Counted from the first letter of the stretch, positions 1-22,190 are shown. The stretch: 64,000 nt of DNA from the human T2T-CHM13v2.0 reference genome, Homo sapiens (GCF_009914755.1 NC_060933.1); one strand, 5' to 3'. The notes: generated by a model not told the origin, from the sequence alone. Numbers and translations are program-made.

Positions 1-59
1 GTCTCACTCTTAAATGAGCATAACCGTGAAGCATCCATCTTATAGAGTGGCTGCAATGA

Positions 60-423
<364 letters not shown>

Positions 424-1862
424 CCTTCCAGTCTTTCAATGTGCTCACAACTATTGTGCAATCATACATAATCTCATTTCACAAAACAGTACAACATGCA
501 CATTTCTCTGAAGGTCTTTTCCCCTGACAGTTATGTCGATTAGAATGTGTTCAGCTGCAAGAAATAGAACAACTAGAGCAATTTACACGTGGGGGTTTAT
601 TTCCTCATAGACCAGGAGTGCACTAGGAGGTGGTGGCTGGTGTTCATTCAGCTGTTCTTGGTTCCACTGGGACCCCTCTCTGTCTCGTCTCTGTCATCCT
701 TGGTCGGCTGGATTGTGCCCCTTGCTTGGCATCCTGGGGGCACAAAATGTCACTGCAGTTCTGAACATCTGGCCCACGTTGAAGATGCAAAGAGGGGAGC
801 AAGGGCAGCTCCAACCACATCAGTTCCTTTTTATTAAGAAAGAACAGTTTCCCTGGAACCCATCCTCCCACCCCCGTAGACGTCCCTGTGCACAGCGTCT
901 GCCAGATCAGGGTCGTGTGGTGATGCCTGCAGTGGGAGCTGGGAGCTGGCATTGGATCAACCAAACTGGTTGAGGAGGGCAACCAAATGGTTGAGATGGG
1001 CATTGGTGCTCACAATTTATGTGGAAACTTTCAGATAAAACTAACATCTACCAGTAGATCTTAATATGCAGGTTTAAGATCCCAAATATATATATATGTT
1101 ATTTATATATTTTTTTAGTTCCAGAAAGCAAATATTATGGGAAGATGTCCAAGTCAGCACACAGAGGCTTGGATCATTCCAGCTTGCGGACATTCAGATA
1201 ATTTAGGTAAGTTGGCTCCTCAAATAGTAATGCAACAAACATCCTTATATTGGGGCAAGTGCTTCAGTAAGATACAACCCCAGAAGAGGAACTGCTATGT
1301 GACAATGTTCTAATTCTTTTCGCGGGGGTGTGGGGGGGTCTATCTTCACTTACCAAGAAATATGCTACCTCTTAATAGAACAAATACAGGATCCCATACC
1401 CTTTTTGTGATTTTCATTCAATCTATTTCAACTTTCAACACTGAGGTGAATGGATAGATGGAGACAGATGACACCTCTATCTCAGTATGTGGCACACATT
1501 AATCCACCCAATTATTTGATCCAGTAGTGCTATTTTTACAGATGAGGAAACTAGGGCTTCCTAGGGATAACACAGCTACTAGCTAGAATCTCAGCCCAGA
1601 GCTACCTGAGGTTAGCGTTCTTTCTCTTATATGATACTTTCTCCCATTCTAGGATGCTCCTCCTCCCTAGATGACTGAGCACCATACACGACAATGCACA
1701 TATGCCTGTTAACACAATTAGAACATAGAATAAGACATGAGCTTAGAATTGAGTTCTAACAAGAGAGATCGCTATGTATAATAAAACAAGAACATCTGCC
1801 TGGGTCAGACCAGAGTATTGCTAAATCTATACCCAAAGGAAAGAAGCCTGGGCCGGGAATCA

Positions 1863-2585
<723 letters not shown>

Positions 2586-3314
2586 TTATCACTGCTTCCA
2601 AGTGTTTCTGAATCCAAATGAAAAGTGGTTGCCTTCATCATTCAGAACAATACTGTCACATTGAGAAATATGCTGGGGAAAAAAAGTTATTAGCAAGAGA
2701 GCCTTCTGCAATGGCTTCACTTCTGTCAGTTGCTAAGGGTAAGGTAAAGACTTGGGTATCATTTCTAGCTCATGTTTCTTCTGGAAGGTGCTCCACTGCC
2801 AACATAATAATCAATCCAACTTCCCTATTGGAAGCTGGAGAAAGGGCCATTCCAGTGTGTTTTACTCTGTGTGTTCCTGTTTAATGAAAGACTCATCTAA
2901 ATAGAGATGCCACTTTGTATTAATCTGTTCACCCCATCTGACACTCAGTATCAGTTTAATAATAATAATAAGCTAATAACAGGAGTTATCATTTTTTGGG
3001 TAAGAACATTTTAATTTTGATATCATGAGGATCAAACTTGGAAAACTCTTCCTTTCCCAAGAGCTCTGGGAATTGTGAAAACTGCGGAATGGACCTTTCC
3101 TTGATCCTAACACGTCATGTTGCCATTAACAAATAAGCTTTGCCTTTCACATGGGGAAACCAATGATGATTCCTTTGACATCACTACAGAAACAGAGTGG
3201 CTGGATCTTCCAAGTTCTGGTCCAGTAAATGACTGCAGGGTGAAGACGGAGGCCTGGTTGATTAGTTTTCAGGTTTCATTTTGAAGCTAATGTTATCTGA
3301 TTAAGAAGGTCTCC

Positions 3315-5312
<1,998 letters not shown>

Positions 5313-6759
5313 TATTATGTTTTATTAACATATCTGTTCATAACAGATTGGAAGTGAAACAAACAAGCCAGTGTTATGAGCAGATCTCTGGAGAGGCACC
5401 GGTTGTCCGGCACTGTGGGTGTCAAGGATGAGCAGAAGCCTGGATAATTTGGGGATCAGGAGGGAGGGGGATTGGCCAGTGCCATGTATAAGTCAGCTCC
5501 CCCCGTAAAGGGATCCAAGGGAGGGCCTGCTATTTCTGCCACCCTCCAGCCCAGGCTGGCACCTGTGCAGCTGTCATGCCCCTTTCAGCTACATTTAAAT
5601 GTTGGAAGTTCGAGTTACCTACATGATCTGAAATTGCAGCTGGTGACCTTTCAGCAAATGCCAAAGTTCTTTCAGGGCACACAACAGCGTGGACACACGG
5701 GGCATCTGGAAGGCCCAGAGGAAGGGGGGGGCAGCGTCCAGCTCACGCTTTTTTCAGCGCCACTGATGCATTGGTGATCACAGAGCTATTTATGGGCTTG
5801 CTGTGCTTGGTGAAAGGCCCTCACAGGCCTGGGCGGAAGTAGTAAGGACAAACAGAGTCTCTGAACAGTAAGGCAGTCTTAGGGCAGTTCATAGGGCGGG
5901 GCCCCCACCTGAAGTCTAGGATCTGGACTGTGACTCTACAGTACTAGCTGAGAGCATATTCTCTGTTAGCAAAACTCTGTTAGAATGCCTTCCATGCCCC
6001 GTCTCCAGTGATCTCAACAAACGCTCTTTCATGAAACCTCAGCATTTCTGCTTCCAGCACGGCAGACCCTTTAGGGTATCTGCTCAGCCCACGATCCCCA
6101 TCTAAGAGAGAGGCGTGCCCTGCCCATAAAAAGAAAACCCAAGGCCACGTTTGTCTTATATGACCCGGGTCTATGGCTGCAGCTAACTGGACACAAGCTA
6201 AGACGTCAGGTTTTTTTCTCCAGGGAACTTGGTGTGAGACATGGAGACACAGTGGATTGGCTGACAATGCCAGGACGGACTAAGGGTGTGTCCTCGGGGT
6301 TAGGAAAGCAGTGGGTGCTAGGTTTCATGAGAGTCCCCTGAAGCTTTCCAACAAATTGCCTTTCTGCTTTAGCAGAATAAATGGGTTTCTGTTACCTATG
6401 ATGAAAATGGCCTTGACTACAATAGATATTACAATTAACATTTTGCAAATGAAGAAAGGGAGACTCAGAGAGGTTAAAAATATTGCCAAGCTTGGTCTAG
6501 TTTAGTCAGGATAGCGTATGTTATCGTGCAGCAACAAATAAACCTGAAATCCCCACGGCTTAGCACAGCAAAGGTTTGTCTCTCCTTCTGGTCCCAGGCT
6601 GACATCGACATGGCGGTGGCTTAGGCCTCCAGGCTCCTGCCATGTCATGAACCTGTACAAAAATACATGGCTTCAGAGGAGGACCCATCCTAATGTAGGT
6701 AATCTAGGCTCATCTCATCTTAATCCTTACTTTAATTAGATCTGCAAAGACCCTCATTC

Positions 6760-7066
<307 letters not shown>

Positions 7067-7666
7067 GATATATATATATGGAAAAGGCTCCCAGACCATA
7101 TTTCTCTCCCTTCATGCTTTGAGAACCAGATGCCAGCTGAGTTACAAGAAGTTTAAAACTCAAGAGGTGCTTTGTGCGTCAGGGGACTTTCCCAGAGGGC
7201 AGCCCCAGCTGGAGTGGAGAAATATTGGCTTTGGGTCTGTCTGGTCAGTGGGCAGAAGCAGATCCAATGCTCAAGATCAATTTCCTGCTGGGAAAATGTG
7301 AAATGAATGGGGAGTGTTTGGAGGGGAAGAAGCAGGATTCACATACACACATGTTTTCAGTTCCCAAGTGGAATCATATGGATAGATCCATTTTATATCT
7401 AGAGCTCAAGGAGGGCCACAGGTGTTACTTAGTGCCTGACAGAGCTTGCCACGATCTTGGACTCTGGTCCAGTAAGACCAGGGTTAGCGGAGGGAGAAAC
7501 TGTTTCTATAGAGAGTTTAGTGAGAAGCCTGCTTGCTTGCAACAAATTGCATTTCCTTAAACCCTGTTCTTGTAGTGAATCCTTTTTCTTATGGTAACTA
7601 GACTGTAGGAACTATTAGCCTTTGTGAGTTAAGTGCCGTGCTTTTATAGAAAAATCACCACTGGGT

Positions 7667-8038
<372 letters not shown>

Positions 8039-8481
8039 TTACATCCATGTTTGGGAGGCCAGAGGGTCACATGCAGGTACCACCACTAAGCCATTAGCTC
8101 CCCCATTTCTAGGAGGGCGTGAGTCGCCATGTTCAGGCTGCATGGTTCCTCAGCTGCAATCCTGAACAAGGCTGGGGAATGATGGGCCAGGCCTGAACGG
8201 GACGACATGAAGGAGAAGCCGTATGCTGGCTCACAGTGGCCAGGCTGCCTGCATTCAGGTCCCCACTCTGCCACTCATTGGCTGGAAGCCTTGAGCCAAT
8301 TACTTCACCTCTCCTCGTCCATTTTGTCATCTATAAAATGGATTATTCAGAGTATCTGATTCATTGGGTTATTGTGAAGATTAAATGAGTTATCTAATGT
8401 TATATGCATCAGCAGTTATTATTGTCATCATCATTATTATTTGACACAAAGCAAGGGAGACTTTTTTTAAGGAGGAATAAG

Positions 8482-8487
8482 TTTATT
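8482..8487 (-). terminator. Distal poly(A) signal AATAAA
   Basis: tttatt on the + strand. A U/GU-rich element (CTTGCTTTGTGT on the minus strand) lies at about 8444-8455, downstream of the predicted cleavage site. Confidence 0.85.
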
Positions 8488-8599
8488 TCTCCTCCATCCA
8501 CTCAAAATATATCTTAACACCAGTGGCATTATGGAGACAGCATTTGGTTAGGGAGTGCCAAGCATTCTACAGCATTTGATGGTGGAAATAGTCATGCTT

Positions 8600-8605
8600 T
8601 TTATT
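8600..8605 (-). terminator. Proximal poly(A) signal AATAAA
   Basis: tttatt on the + strand, about 100 nt after the stop codon. Confidence 0.6.
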
Positions 8606-8708
8606 TCTGCTCTCTAGGAATGTAAGGTGCACAGCAGGTCAGGGTACTGCTGTGTGAGACAAAAGGTCCAGGTAGAGGCAATTCTCCAGATGCAGGCAGG
8701 GCAGGTGC

Positions 8709-9233
<525 letters not shown>

Positions 9234-9680
9234 TTAATGAGTGATTCTGTGTGTGTTGGATGGAGCTTCGCCTATTCTAAAAGCAATAAAAAAAATCCAT
9301 GGTGGTGTCTGGCTACAGACATCTGGAAAGCAGACCGGCTCCTCCAAACAGTGTGATATTGTTTGCAACTCTGTGTGCATTCCTTTTACGATTCTCCGAA
9401 GGCTTTTGGGTTGGAATTCAGTGTATTATACGTCTTGGCATTCACTTTTAAATATTAACTTTTTTATTGTATGCCTTTTCATGCAGTCTGCCTACTGAGC
9501 GACAGCTTTCTGCAGGTGTTTCCTGAGTCTATTTCCACATAGGTGTCATGGCTAGTTTTGAAAAACCAAAAAAAAAAGAAGGAGCCTCAATATTTGTGTT
9601 CAGGAACAATTTCGGGGGACTTTAGAGAAAAGTGCTGGAAAGCAGGCTAACCACACAGGTTGATATGCCCGAGGCAGCTA

Positions 9681-10115
<435 letters not shown>

Positions 10116-10642
10116 AGCCATCTGTCCACTGGGAAAACATAAGAAGGACACAATACTTGGGAAGGAAGCACACTGTCACCCTGGCAGAAGGAAAGCAGGG
10201 CAGCTCTGAGCGAGCGTGAGGGAGCACAGCCACCCTGCAGCCTGCTGGGAACACCATGGGCTTGGACTAGTGAGTCGGTGGTGACGGCTCACCTGAAAGC
10301 TCTAGGTTTCCCCAGAGATTCTTTCCTCCCCTAAAAGGTATCGTTTTCCAAGTAGTGGATGTTGACTCACTAGTTACCTCTGTTTTACACCTTTTGAAAG
10401 CAATCAAAGAAGACTTCTACTGAGGATACACATTTGATTCGCTGCCTTGGAAGTGAGGCTGGGTTGTTTCATTTCACTTTATGAATGGAATTCATTTTGC
10501 CCCAGCCAAGCCCTGTATCCACTGGAAGCCCTAAGGACTTTCAGTCCTCGTCCTGACCGTTCATTCTCTTTTGCCATAGCACTGGAAGGGCTCTCAAGAG
10601 ACTATTTTTATCTTTAGTTGATATCGTCTGGCTTTACCTTTA

Positions 10643-10972
<330 letters not shown>

Positions 10973-11925
10973 CTAAGTTTCTTTGATTCCACATCCATTC
11001 ACCGAGCACCTACAAGGTATGTATTTGGGGCTGTGCTAAAAAATGTGATGAGAATCCTGTTCCCAATAAATAGAAAATGGAAAAATGGAGACAGCCTCTC
11101 ATCATCTCACAATAGGTCAGATTACCCACAGAAGCCCCAACGAGGGTATGGTTGATTCTGGTTATGGGGCTGAGGCAGGCATTACAGAAACTGTACCATT
11201 TAGTAACACCTTAAAGGCTGAGAAAGTTTGTTACCAAGCTAAGGAACCGGGCAGGGGTGGGAGGCAGTGTGTAATTTACAGGAGAGGAAACTGCACAAGT
11301 GTCTGCTTAGCAATGTGGAGAGGGATATGGTCCTGGAGGAGGAGCCTGCGGGACTCGGGTGTGCGTGTGCGGAGCTTGGGGGCAGGAGGGGAATCCAGGA
11401 TAAGGTGAAAGGAGAGATGAGTAAGCTGGAGAGAGAGCCTGGGGCAGATCTGAGGCCTCCTTGAACGTCCTGCAAACATTTGAGCTTCATCTCTAGCAAA
11501 CAGCAGCCATCGATGGCTTTTAAACAAAGAAAGGACAAAATCAGATATTCCATATAGAGCAAGCTCCACACAGCCATTTCTTCTCTTCATATTCACTAGC
11601 TTGTAACCTCTTTAGGGAGATGTCACGATGGGCACTCTCGGTCTCGAGATAACTGATAGATGCACCTCAGGCAGGCCTAGCAAGGGGCAGACACCACTTG
11701 ACGGGCATTTGAGTGGGGGAACCACATTTCATCCCATCTGGGACCATGGACCCCAGAAGGGAAGATGTTTTACTGCCATGAATTCATTCATTTGTTTAAC
11801 TTTATTATCCTAATTTTCTTCTGCCAAGAGAAAGTAGCAAAGGCTGACATGGAGACTGATTTTTGATGTCTCAGGGTGAGAATTCCAGTCTCCAGTACTG
11901 AGGTGAGAACTTCATCGTGGGCTCA

Positions 11926-12486
<561 letters not shown>

Positions 12487-14217
12487 TCAGGGTGATAACA
12501 GACACTTTCGACTTTGTTTGCATATGATTTCAGTCAAACAAGAAAGAAACCACACAAAAATAGGGAGAGCAGACTTGTGAAACAACTGCTAAGCCTGCAA
12601 GAGAGTAAGAACCGTGTGTCCAAAGCAATATAAGATGTGTATGCCTTTACCAAACAGAAAAAAGGGTTGGTTCAGGCGGGAGGTGGGCTCTCAGGAGAGA
12701 CGGGCCACCGCAGGATCAGTCCCTGAGTTACACCCAAGTGCTCAGCGCTGTTCTCGGCTTTACATTTCTACCTTGATGGGAGTTCTCCTTTCTGGGCGTT
12801 CTTATAGAACAAAGTAGAACCCTGAGTTTTGAGTCTGGCGTACGTAACTTCCGATGGCCTTTGCTCGCTGGCGTGTGAAGTTTTTCTCAGACTGCCTCTT
12901 CCCACATAGCCCAGGGTTAAGCTTATGCCTTTAAGCTTTAGGCTCTTCAAAGGAGATTTGAATTTGGGGGAAAAGTGTTGCAGAAGTCCTATTGCTCCGG
13001 ATTGAGGATTGTTATGGGTTCCTGTGTGTTTTTGGCAAGAGGGTGATCGAGGCTCTGCCCATTTAGGAGGGGCTTGACGTTGACACAAGAGTTGAAAAGA
13101 AAAAAGGCCCACCGACACCTCTCTACCTAGCCATTTATTCCACAGCAGAAATTGGTTCCTACCCATATGGAATACGTTGAAACCAGACAGACAGGGAGAA
13201 AGGGAGGGGAGAATTCACAGTGGCCATTGAAAGGTGTCACTGGAAGTGATTCTTCTTTCTTACTTTTATGCCTTTTTTAATATTTTCAAAATTTTTGACC
13301 ACAAGTATACCGGAATATTCTTTTATCGTTGGTAGAAAAATAAATAAATAAATGTCTTTCAAAAAACTATATAGAAAAGAAAGCCATCTCACAACAGTTG
13401 CTGGGTGCAGAGCGCAGGGCCCAGCCAGACTGTCCATGGTGCAAAGGAGGGAAGTCTGTGTACAGAGACAAAACATAAAAGCTCCCAGAAAGTTGAAGCC
13501 GCTGGAAACCCGAGTACAGCTGTAGCAGTGTTTTCAGCAGAAACCGTCAGCCTGGCTTTGCAGCAAGCGCAAACAAAGAGGAAGCACTTAGCACCTCCCT
13601 GGCGGGAGGCTCAGCCCCGTCAGGCACCGCAGACAGAAGGGCTGGAATCAAATCCCAGCAGCCCTGCATTGCGCTTCCAAACATTCAGGACTGAGGAGGG
13701 CAAAAGACTATCAAACACACAGAAGCTTCCCTACAGGGATGCTCCCCTGCAATCTGGAAACAAGAAGGGATTGAATGTTTTCTCTGCTTCCACCAACTCA
13801 AAGGTAACAAGAGAAGGCACCAGAAGAATGGGAAGCAGTCAGGGCCCGGCAAATCACAGTCAGCAAACATCAGTGGTGCCCGAAATTCCATCCTGGGCTC
13901 AGGTGGAACTTTGCTCTGGTTCTGCCACTAACTCCCCCACCCCACCCCTACCCAGGTCACCACATTTGGCGACTTTAACTAGTGCTATTACCCTACCCTT
14001 GTTTATTTGTTAAGTGCCCATGCTTCCAAGGAGGTGAAAGTCCACTTCCCTGACAGCCTGGGACAAAGGCAGCCTGTGTTGAGTTAGCCTTCCTGCCACA
14101 CACAGACCCGGCCTCACCTCCAGCAGCCTATCTCGCACAGAAGGTTCCTATTCCTTGTCTGTTCCTGGGGTTCAGTTTGCCAGCAAAAAGCACTTTACAC
14201 ATAGTTCACTAATGTCA

Positions 14218-14542
<325 letters not shown>

Positions 14543-15208
14543 AAGACTGCACCAGTTAACTGAAGGTTTGTGTAAATGTACACGAATAAATGTGGGAGCT
14601 ATTTTTGAAGAAGCAATGTCGTCCACTGCTTCAGTTGGCACACCCATTCGTCTCAGGAAAACAGCCTTTTGGTGACTAAAGTAGAAAAGCTAGAAATGGA
14701 TGGATACAGTTTATGGCAAACAGAATATCTACAGCCCCATCAGGTCCATAAATGCATTTTAGTTGGCCAACATAGTGTTGCACACATGCAGAAACATTAT
14801 GTTTTTTACAATCCAGTGTTTCTTGAACCATTAATAGAAGCCTTGGCAAGGCGGGCCCCCTCCTCCCAATTGTAATTGCTGGAACTCTTCAGTTCACCCC
14901 AGTTCCACCCTTGCCCCCCGGCCTTCCTTCCCCAGCACACTTCATCATCCCTATGGCCTGCCTGGACCTGGCATTTGGGTCATTTGAGTAACAGCTGCTC
15001 TGAGGAATTCACATTGGAACAAAGACCCCCTCTTGTGCCAGTCTGAGATGGCATTTCTCACCTCCATAGTCTGCTCGGGAGGCATACACTCTCTCTTGGT
15101 CTCCTGCCCTCTTTCCACCACACATCATCATCTCTGTCCCTCCATGGGCATCACCTCCCACCTCCACATACCCCTGCCAATCCCCCACACATATCATTCA
15201 TTTGCTCA

Positions 15209-15391
<183 letters not shown>

Positions 15392-16171
15392 CTAGAGCAA
15401 GAAAGAAATCAAAGAATGTTTTTGTTTTGTTTTGTGATTCTTTTTTACAGTTCAACCATTAACAGGAGGCATTCTCAAGGTGCTCTTCTAATGAAATAGG
15501 GCATCTTCCCAGAGGGGCCTTCCCCTACACATCAGCAATATCCTGATTAGATTATCACGGCAGCCTTCCCACCAGAACCCAGATTTCCTGCATCTGGATT
15601 CCTCTTTCCAATTAGGGCCCTCCTCCAATTTTTCTAATGTGATATTCCCTCATCTCTCCACTATCAGTTCCAAAAAAGAGCATGCCTTCTTGCCAGTTCC
15701 CACTAATTTAATCTTATTACGGGCATCCATCTCTGTCACCTGCCTACTCCATCTTTATTTAAATAAATTAACACTGGGCTGCAGGGCAGCCAGTCTGCGG
15801 AGGAAATCAGTTTTGTGAGCTCTTGCCGCTGCAGCCCATACTCTGCTGAGCATGTGGTCTATATCACTCACACGTCAGGGAAATTCTCAGAAACGTAGGA
15901 ACTCAGAATATCTCCCCAGAGTCATTATGGGGTAGAGCAGATGCTGTCCAGTGTTTTAACCGTGATGCATGGGAAGAAGCACATTTTACATCACAAACCA
16001 GTGCCCCCACACACACACCAAAAAGTTACCAAAATAATACCTACACTTAGAACGTGGCATGTGCCGTAATCCATTTTTTCATTAAAAACACAGCCCACTG
16101 GGTCATGTGGTCCAGAGTTTTTCTAACACTAGGGAAGGGAGCCCCTTAAGGAGACAGCTCCTAACCACTGA

Positions 16172-16494
<323 letters not shown>

Positions 16495-16754
16495 GATCTT
16501 CTTTATTAACACTGGATTGACCTCTTTGGTCATCAAGACAGCCCCAAACAAATCTTTCAGCTTAACTACTCTCTGCTTGAATTAAGCAGAAATAAAAATA
16601 TGCAATTTCTCGAACTTCACTTATTCTTTTCCTAGATTCCTGCAGCTGAGCGTAAGCAGGGGCATCTGTATCACGCAGCTGGAGAAGGAAGTCATCCCAG
16701 AAAAACATTCCAGGTAATTTCTTCCCATAACTTTCAAAAGGGTGGCCCACAGAG

Positions 16755-17220
16755 CACCTGCATTAGAATCACCTGGGATATTTATTAAAAATGCACATTC
16801 ACAGCCGGGGTCATGACTCATCCCTATAATCCCAGCACTTTGGGAGGCTAAGGTAGGAGGATCATTTGAGGCAAGGAGTTTGAGACCAGTTTGTGCAACA
16901 CTGGGAGACCCCATCTCTACGAAAAAAAATTTTTTTTTAATTAGCCAGGCATGGTGGCATGTGCCTGTGGCTACTAAGGAGGCTGAGGCTGAAGGATCAC
17001 TTGAACCTGGGAGGTCGAGGCTGCAGTGAGCCATTATCATTCCACTGCACATGCCTGGGTGACAGAATGAGAACCTGCCTCTTTAAGAAAAAGAAAAGAA
17101 ATGCATATTCTGGGGCTACAGCCTAGACACACTGTCAGACTTTCCATGGCGGGGCCTGAGAATCTGCATTGCACTATGCAATGTGAAGGGGTGACCTTCA
17201 CACTCAAGTGTAAGAACTTC
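16755..17220. mobile_element. MER5A-like MITE split by an AluJ (~16803-17100)
   Basis: ctgcattagaatcacctggg...aaatgcacattc [Alu] aaatgcatattctggg...ggggcctgagaatctgcatt. The TSD is AAATGCAYATTC. Confidence 0.75.
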
Positions 17221-17868
17221 ACATTCAAGCATAACAACTACTCATATAAATGAGAAAACCACAAACCAGAAAACCACAAACCCATTTCTTTCCACCGCTT
17301 CCCTGCCCCTCCTAGTTTTCACCTGGGGAGGTGGTTAGTTAGCTGGTTGCACTGGGTTATTTGATTCAGTTTGGTTTGTATTCACCAGACAGTACAGTGG
17401 AGCTAAACACAGACTAAACTTACAGGATCAAAACTTTGAGGGAATAATTCCAAGTTTTGCCAATGCACAACCTTGAAAAATGAAATTAATGGCCTTTGTC
17501 AACATGCGCTGCCTGTCAGAGGCTCATTTTAACAATCACCAGCTTCCCTTGAAGCCAGGTACACAGTGGGTGGACTCAGGACTCTAACTCTCCTCTCCTC
17601 CCACTGCAGGCTTCAAGTAACCAGTTCTCTGCCAATAAAGGCCCCTTTTCCCAGAGATTCACCTCGCCCAGAACCATCCGTGCCGGCCTGTGGCAAAGGT
17701 GCAAAAGTAAACAGCCCTTCCCTGACATACGGTCACCAAATGCTCTACATTTATACACTTCCTCGCACGGAATAAAAAATAATGGTAATACTTGTCTATG
17801 ACCCACATACTCAAAACGAAGAGAAAATTATCCCACTGAGCCATGGATTTGGAGGAATTCTTTTCTAG

Positions 17869-18129
<261 letters not shown>

Positions 18130-19014
18130 TGATCCGCCTGCCTCAGCCTCCCAAAGAGCTGGGATCAGCCCCCTTTCTAATTCCTTCCTCCAAATGCTCA
18201 GCAATGCATGCCTTTCCTCCAAGGGAAACATATTCCATTCTCCTGCAGATGCCCAGGGACCAATGAGCACGGAGCACTTGGCAAAATCAGAAACCTCTGG
18301 ACCCTTCCTTTCTCTGCCTATCTGAGGCCACCACCTGCTGTAGGCACTGGCTCCATGTCATCACATATTATTCCATGTCATCACATAAGGAGAAGTAGGC
18401 ACAGAAACGGAGGGCCTGGGGGAGGAGAGACTGTCACGTCCACAGTGGTCTTTCCTCGGAGCAGAAACCAAACCCTACTTTTCTGAATCTCTGCTTTTGT
18501 GGTGGGAGCTGTAAAGGACATTGCAAGTTAGAGTATGTCCAGTAGAGGGTGATCAGGCTAGAGAGAAGTCTCAGATCCCTCTCCTGTGAAAGATGTTCAG
18601 CTTAAAGGGAAAAAAAGTGGGTGTGGTGGGCATTATTGGGAGGGCAGAAACACTGTTTCCAAACATGTCAAAGAATCTTATTTTCTTATGCTCTAAACAG
18701 CCAAGTGAGCAAAATGAAACAGATTTCAACTCAATATTTGGACAAACCATGATGGTTACCCAGCATTGCAGGAGAATTCGCCCTGTCAGGATGTCTCCAG
18801 CCAGACACTGGTGGGGCCAGGCACCGTGGCTCATGCCCGTAATCCCAACACTTTGGGAGGTCGCGGAGGATCGCCTCAGCCCAGGAGTTCAACACCAGCC
18901 TGGGAAACATAGCGAGACCCCCTTGTCTCTACAGACAATACAAAAATTAGCCAGGTGTGGTGGTGCACCTGTAGTCCCAGCCACTCAGGAGGCTGAGGTA
19001 GGAGGATGGCTTAA

Positions 19015-19602
<588 letters not shown>

Positions 19603-20236
19603 TCACGCCTGTAATTCCAGCACTTTGGGAGGCCGAGGTGGGCGGATCACGAGGTCAGGAGATCGAGACCATCCTGGCTAAAACAATGAAACCCCGTCTC
19701 TACTAAAAATACAAAAAATTAGCCAAGCGTGGTGGTGGGCGCCTGTAGTCCCAGCTACTCAGGAGGCTGAGGCAGGAAAATCGCTTGAACCAGGGAGGCA
19801 GAGGTCGCAGGGAGCTGAGATGGCGCCACTGCACTCCAGCCTGGGCGACAGAGAGAGACTCTGTCTCAAAAAAGAAATAGTAGTAGTCGGTAGGCCCTGG
19901 AAAGATGCTGTGGCAGGAGCTGCATGCAACATGACCACACATCCTTCCACGTGCCTTTCCAGGAATCGTGTAGCAAGGCCTGGTCACCATGGCAGGGTCA
20001 CAGTTACTGATGCTGCCCCACTGGGCGTGGGCACCATGGTGCGATTCTAGCCAACAATCATCTCTGCAGAAAGCAGGAAAAATCCCCTTGGAAGCATTAT
20101 AGATGTCTATGTTTATGCCTCATGAGCCCTCAACTGGTTTCAGCTGTTTCAAGCAATCAATAAGGCTTCAAAAAACTGAAATGACTTAGAGGTCTGTGTC
20201 ATACTCATCATCACTTTCTTTTTATTAATTAATTAA

Positions 20237-20464
<228 letters not shown>

Positions 20465-21569
20465 TGACCTCGTGATCCGCCCGCCTGGGCCTCCCAAAGT
20501 GCTGGGATTACCGGGGTGAGCCACCGCACCAGGCCCCACTTTCTGTCTTTTAAAAAAGTCACTTCTGGTTTATTGAGAAGACAGCCGAGCCTTATTGTTG
20601 AGAATTCTGTCATTCATAATTCAAGCTGCTGTTGCAAGCTGGCTTGATTTTTTTTTTTTAGTTGATAGCCAATGTCTCTCAATTTCCCAGGTTTTTTTTC
20701 CTTAAAAAGTATTATTTGGGGGGACTGAGATGGAGAATGGGCTTAGTAAACATCAACACTGCTTTAGTTGTGGTTAACACATTAGCCAGATGTCTTCCTC
20801 TGCAAGGAAGAATTTTGCTACAAACCTCTCCTGCTATTCTGTGGATTTGATATTTTGCAAGGAAAATTGCATTCTTCCATGTCTACAACAGAAATGGTAT
20901 GTTCCTTGGCATGACTTGGAAAATGGATAAATTGTTGCCTTTTTGCCTTTCTAGTATGAGAATTTGAATCTTCTATTCCTCAAACTGATTGTGATGTGGA
21001 TCTGCCTCTTACCCAAGATAAAAAGCAAAATACGTTCCAATGACCAAAGATAACTGTGCCATGGGGGCTCTACTTTTCACATATTTGAAAGGAAATTATG
21101 TATAATACTAGACAATAAGTCACTTTTAGAGATAAAGTGCAAATTTGGGTCTCAGTTCTTTTTTTTTTTTTTGAGACGGAGTCTAGCTCTGTCACCCGGA
21201 CTGGAGTCCAGTAGCGCGATCTTGGCTCACTGCAACCTCCACCTCCCAGGTTCATGCCATTCTCCTGCCTCAGCCTCCTGAGTACCTGGGACTACAGGCG
21301 CCCGCCACCATGCCCAGTTAATTTTTTGTAATTTTTAGTAGAGACGGGGTTTCACCGTGTTAGCCAGGATGGTCTCAATCTCCTGACCTCATGATCCGCC
21401 CACCTCGGCCTCCCAAAGTGCTGGGATTACAGGCGTGAGCCATCTCGCTAGGCCAAGGGTCTCAGTTCTTAAGTTAATGCCTTTGTGTCCTAGAACAGAG
21501 TTCAGCTGAACCAACCTCTTCAGTCGATTCCAGCCTGTGAGGTTTCAGTTCTGAAATAAACAAGAGCTG

Positions 21570-21939
<370 letters not shown>

Positions 21940-22190
21940 TAGTAGAGACGGGGTTTCACAGTGTTAGCCAAGGCAGTCTCAATCTCCTGACCTTGTGATC
22001 CACCCACCTCGGCCTCCCAAAGTGCTGGGATTACAGGCGTGAGCCACCGCATCCGGCCTAAAATATATACTTTGAAAAAATAAAACAAAACAAGAGCTAA
22101 AGCTAAGAGGATGTACCTTGGATTTTATCATGTTTCCTGATGGGTGGATGGGTTTTCATTCTATTTTTCACTTATTTGTATAATTGAGCA

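Larger units (their letters stand above)
8465..8708 (-). other. FBP1: FBP1 3' UTR (approximate end)
   Basis: Runs from the stop codon to just past the distal AATAAA. Confidence 0.8.

Noticed and set aside
13405-14013. 202-aa + strand ORF in intron 4
   Set aside because: GTG start, no recognisable domain and no supporting splice structure. Likely chance.
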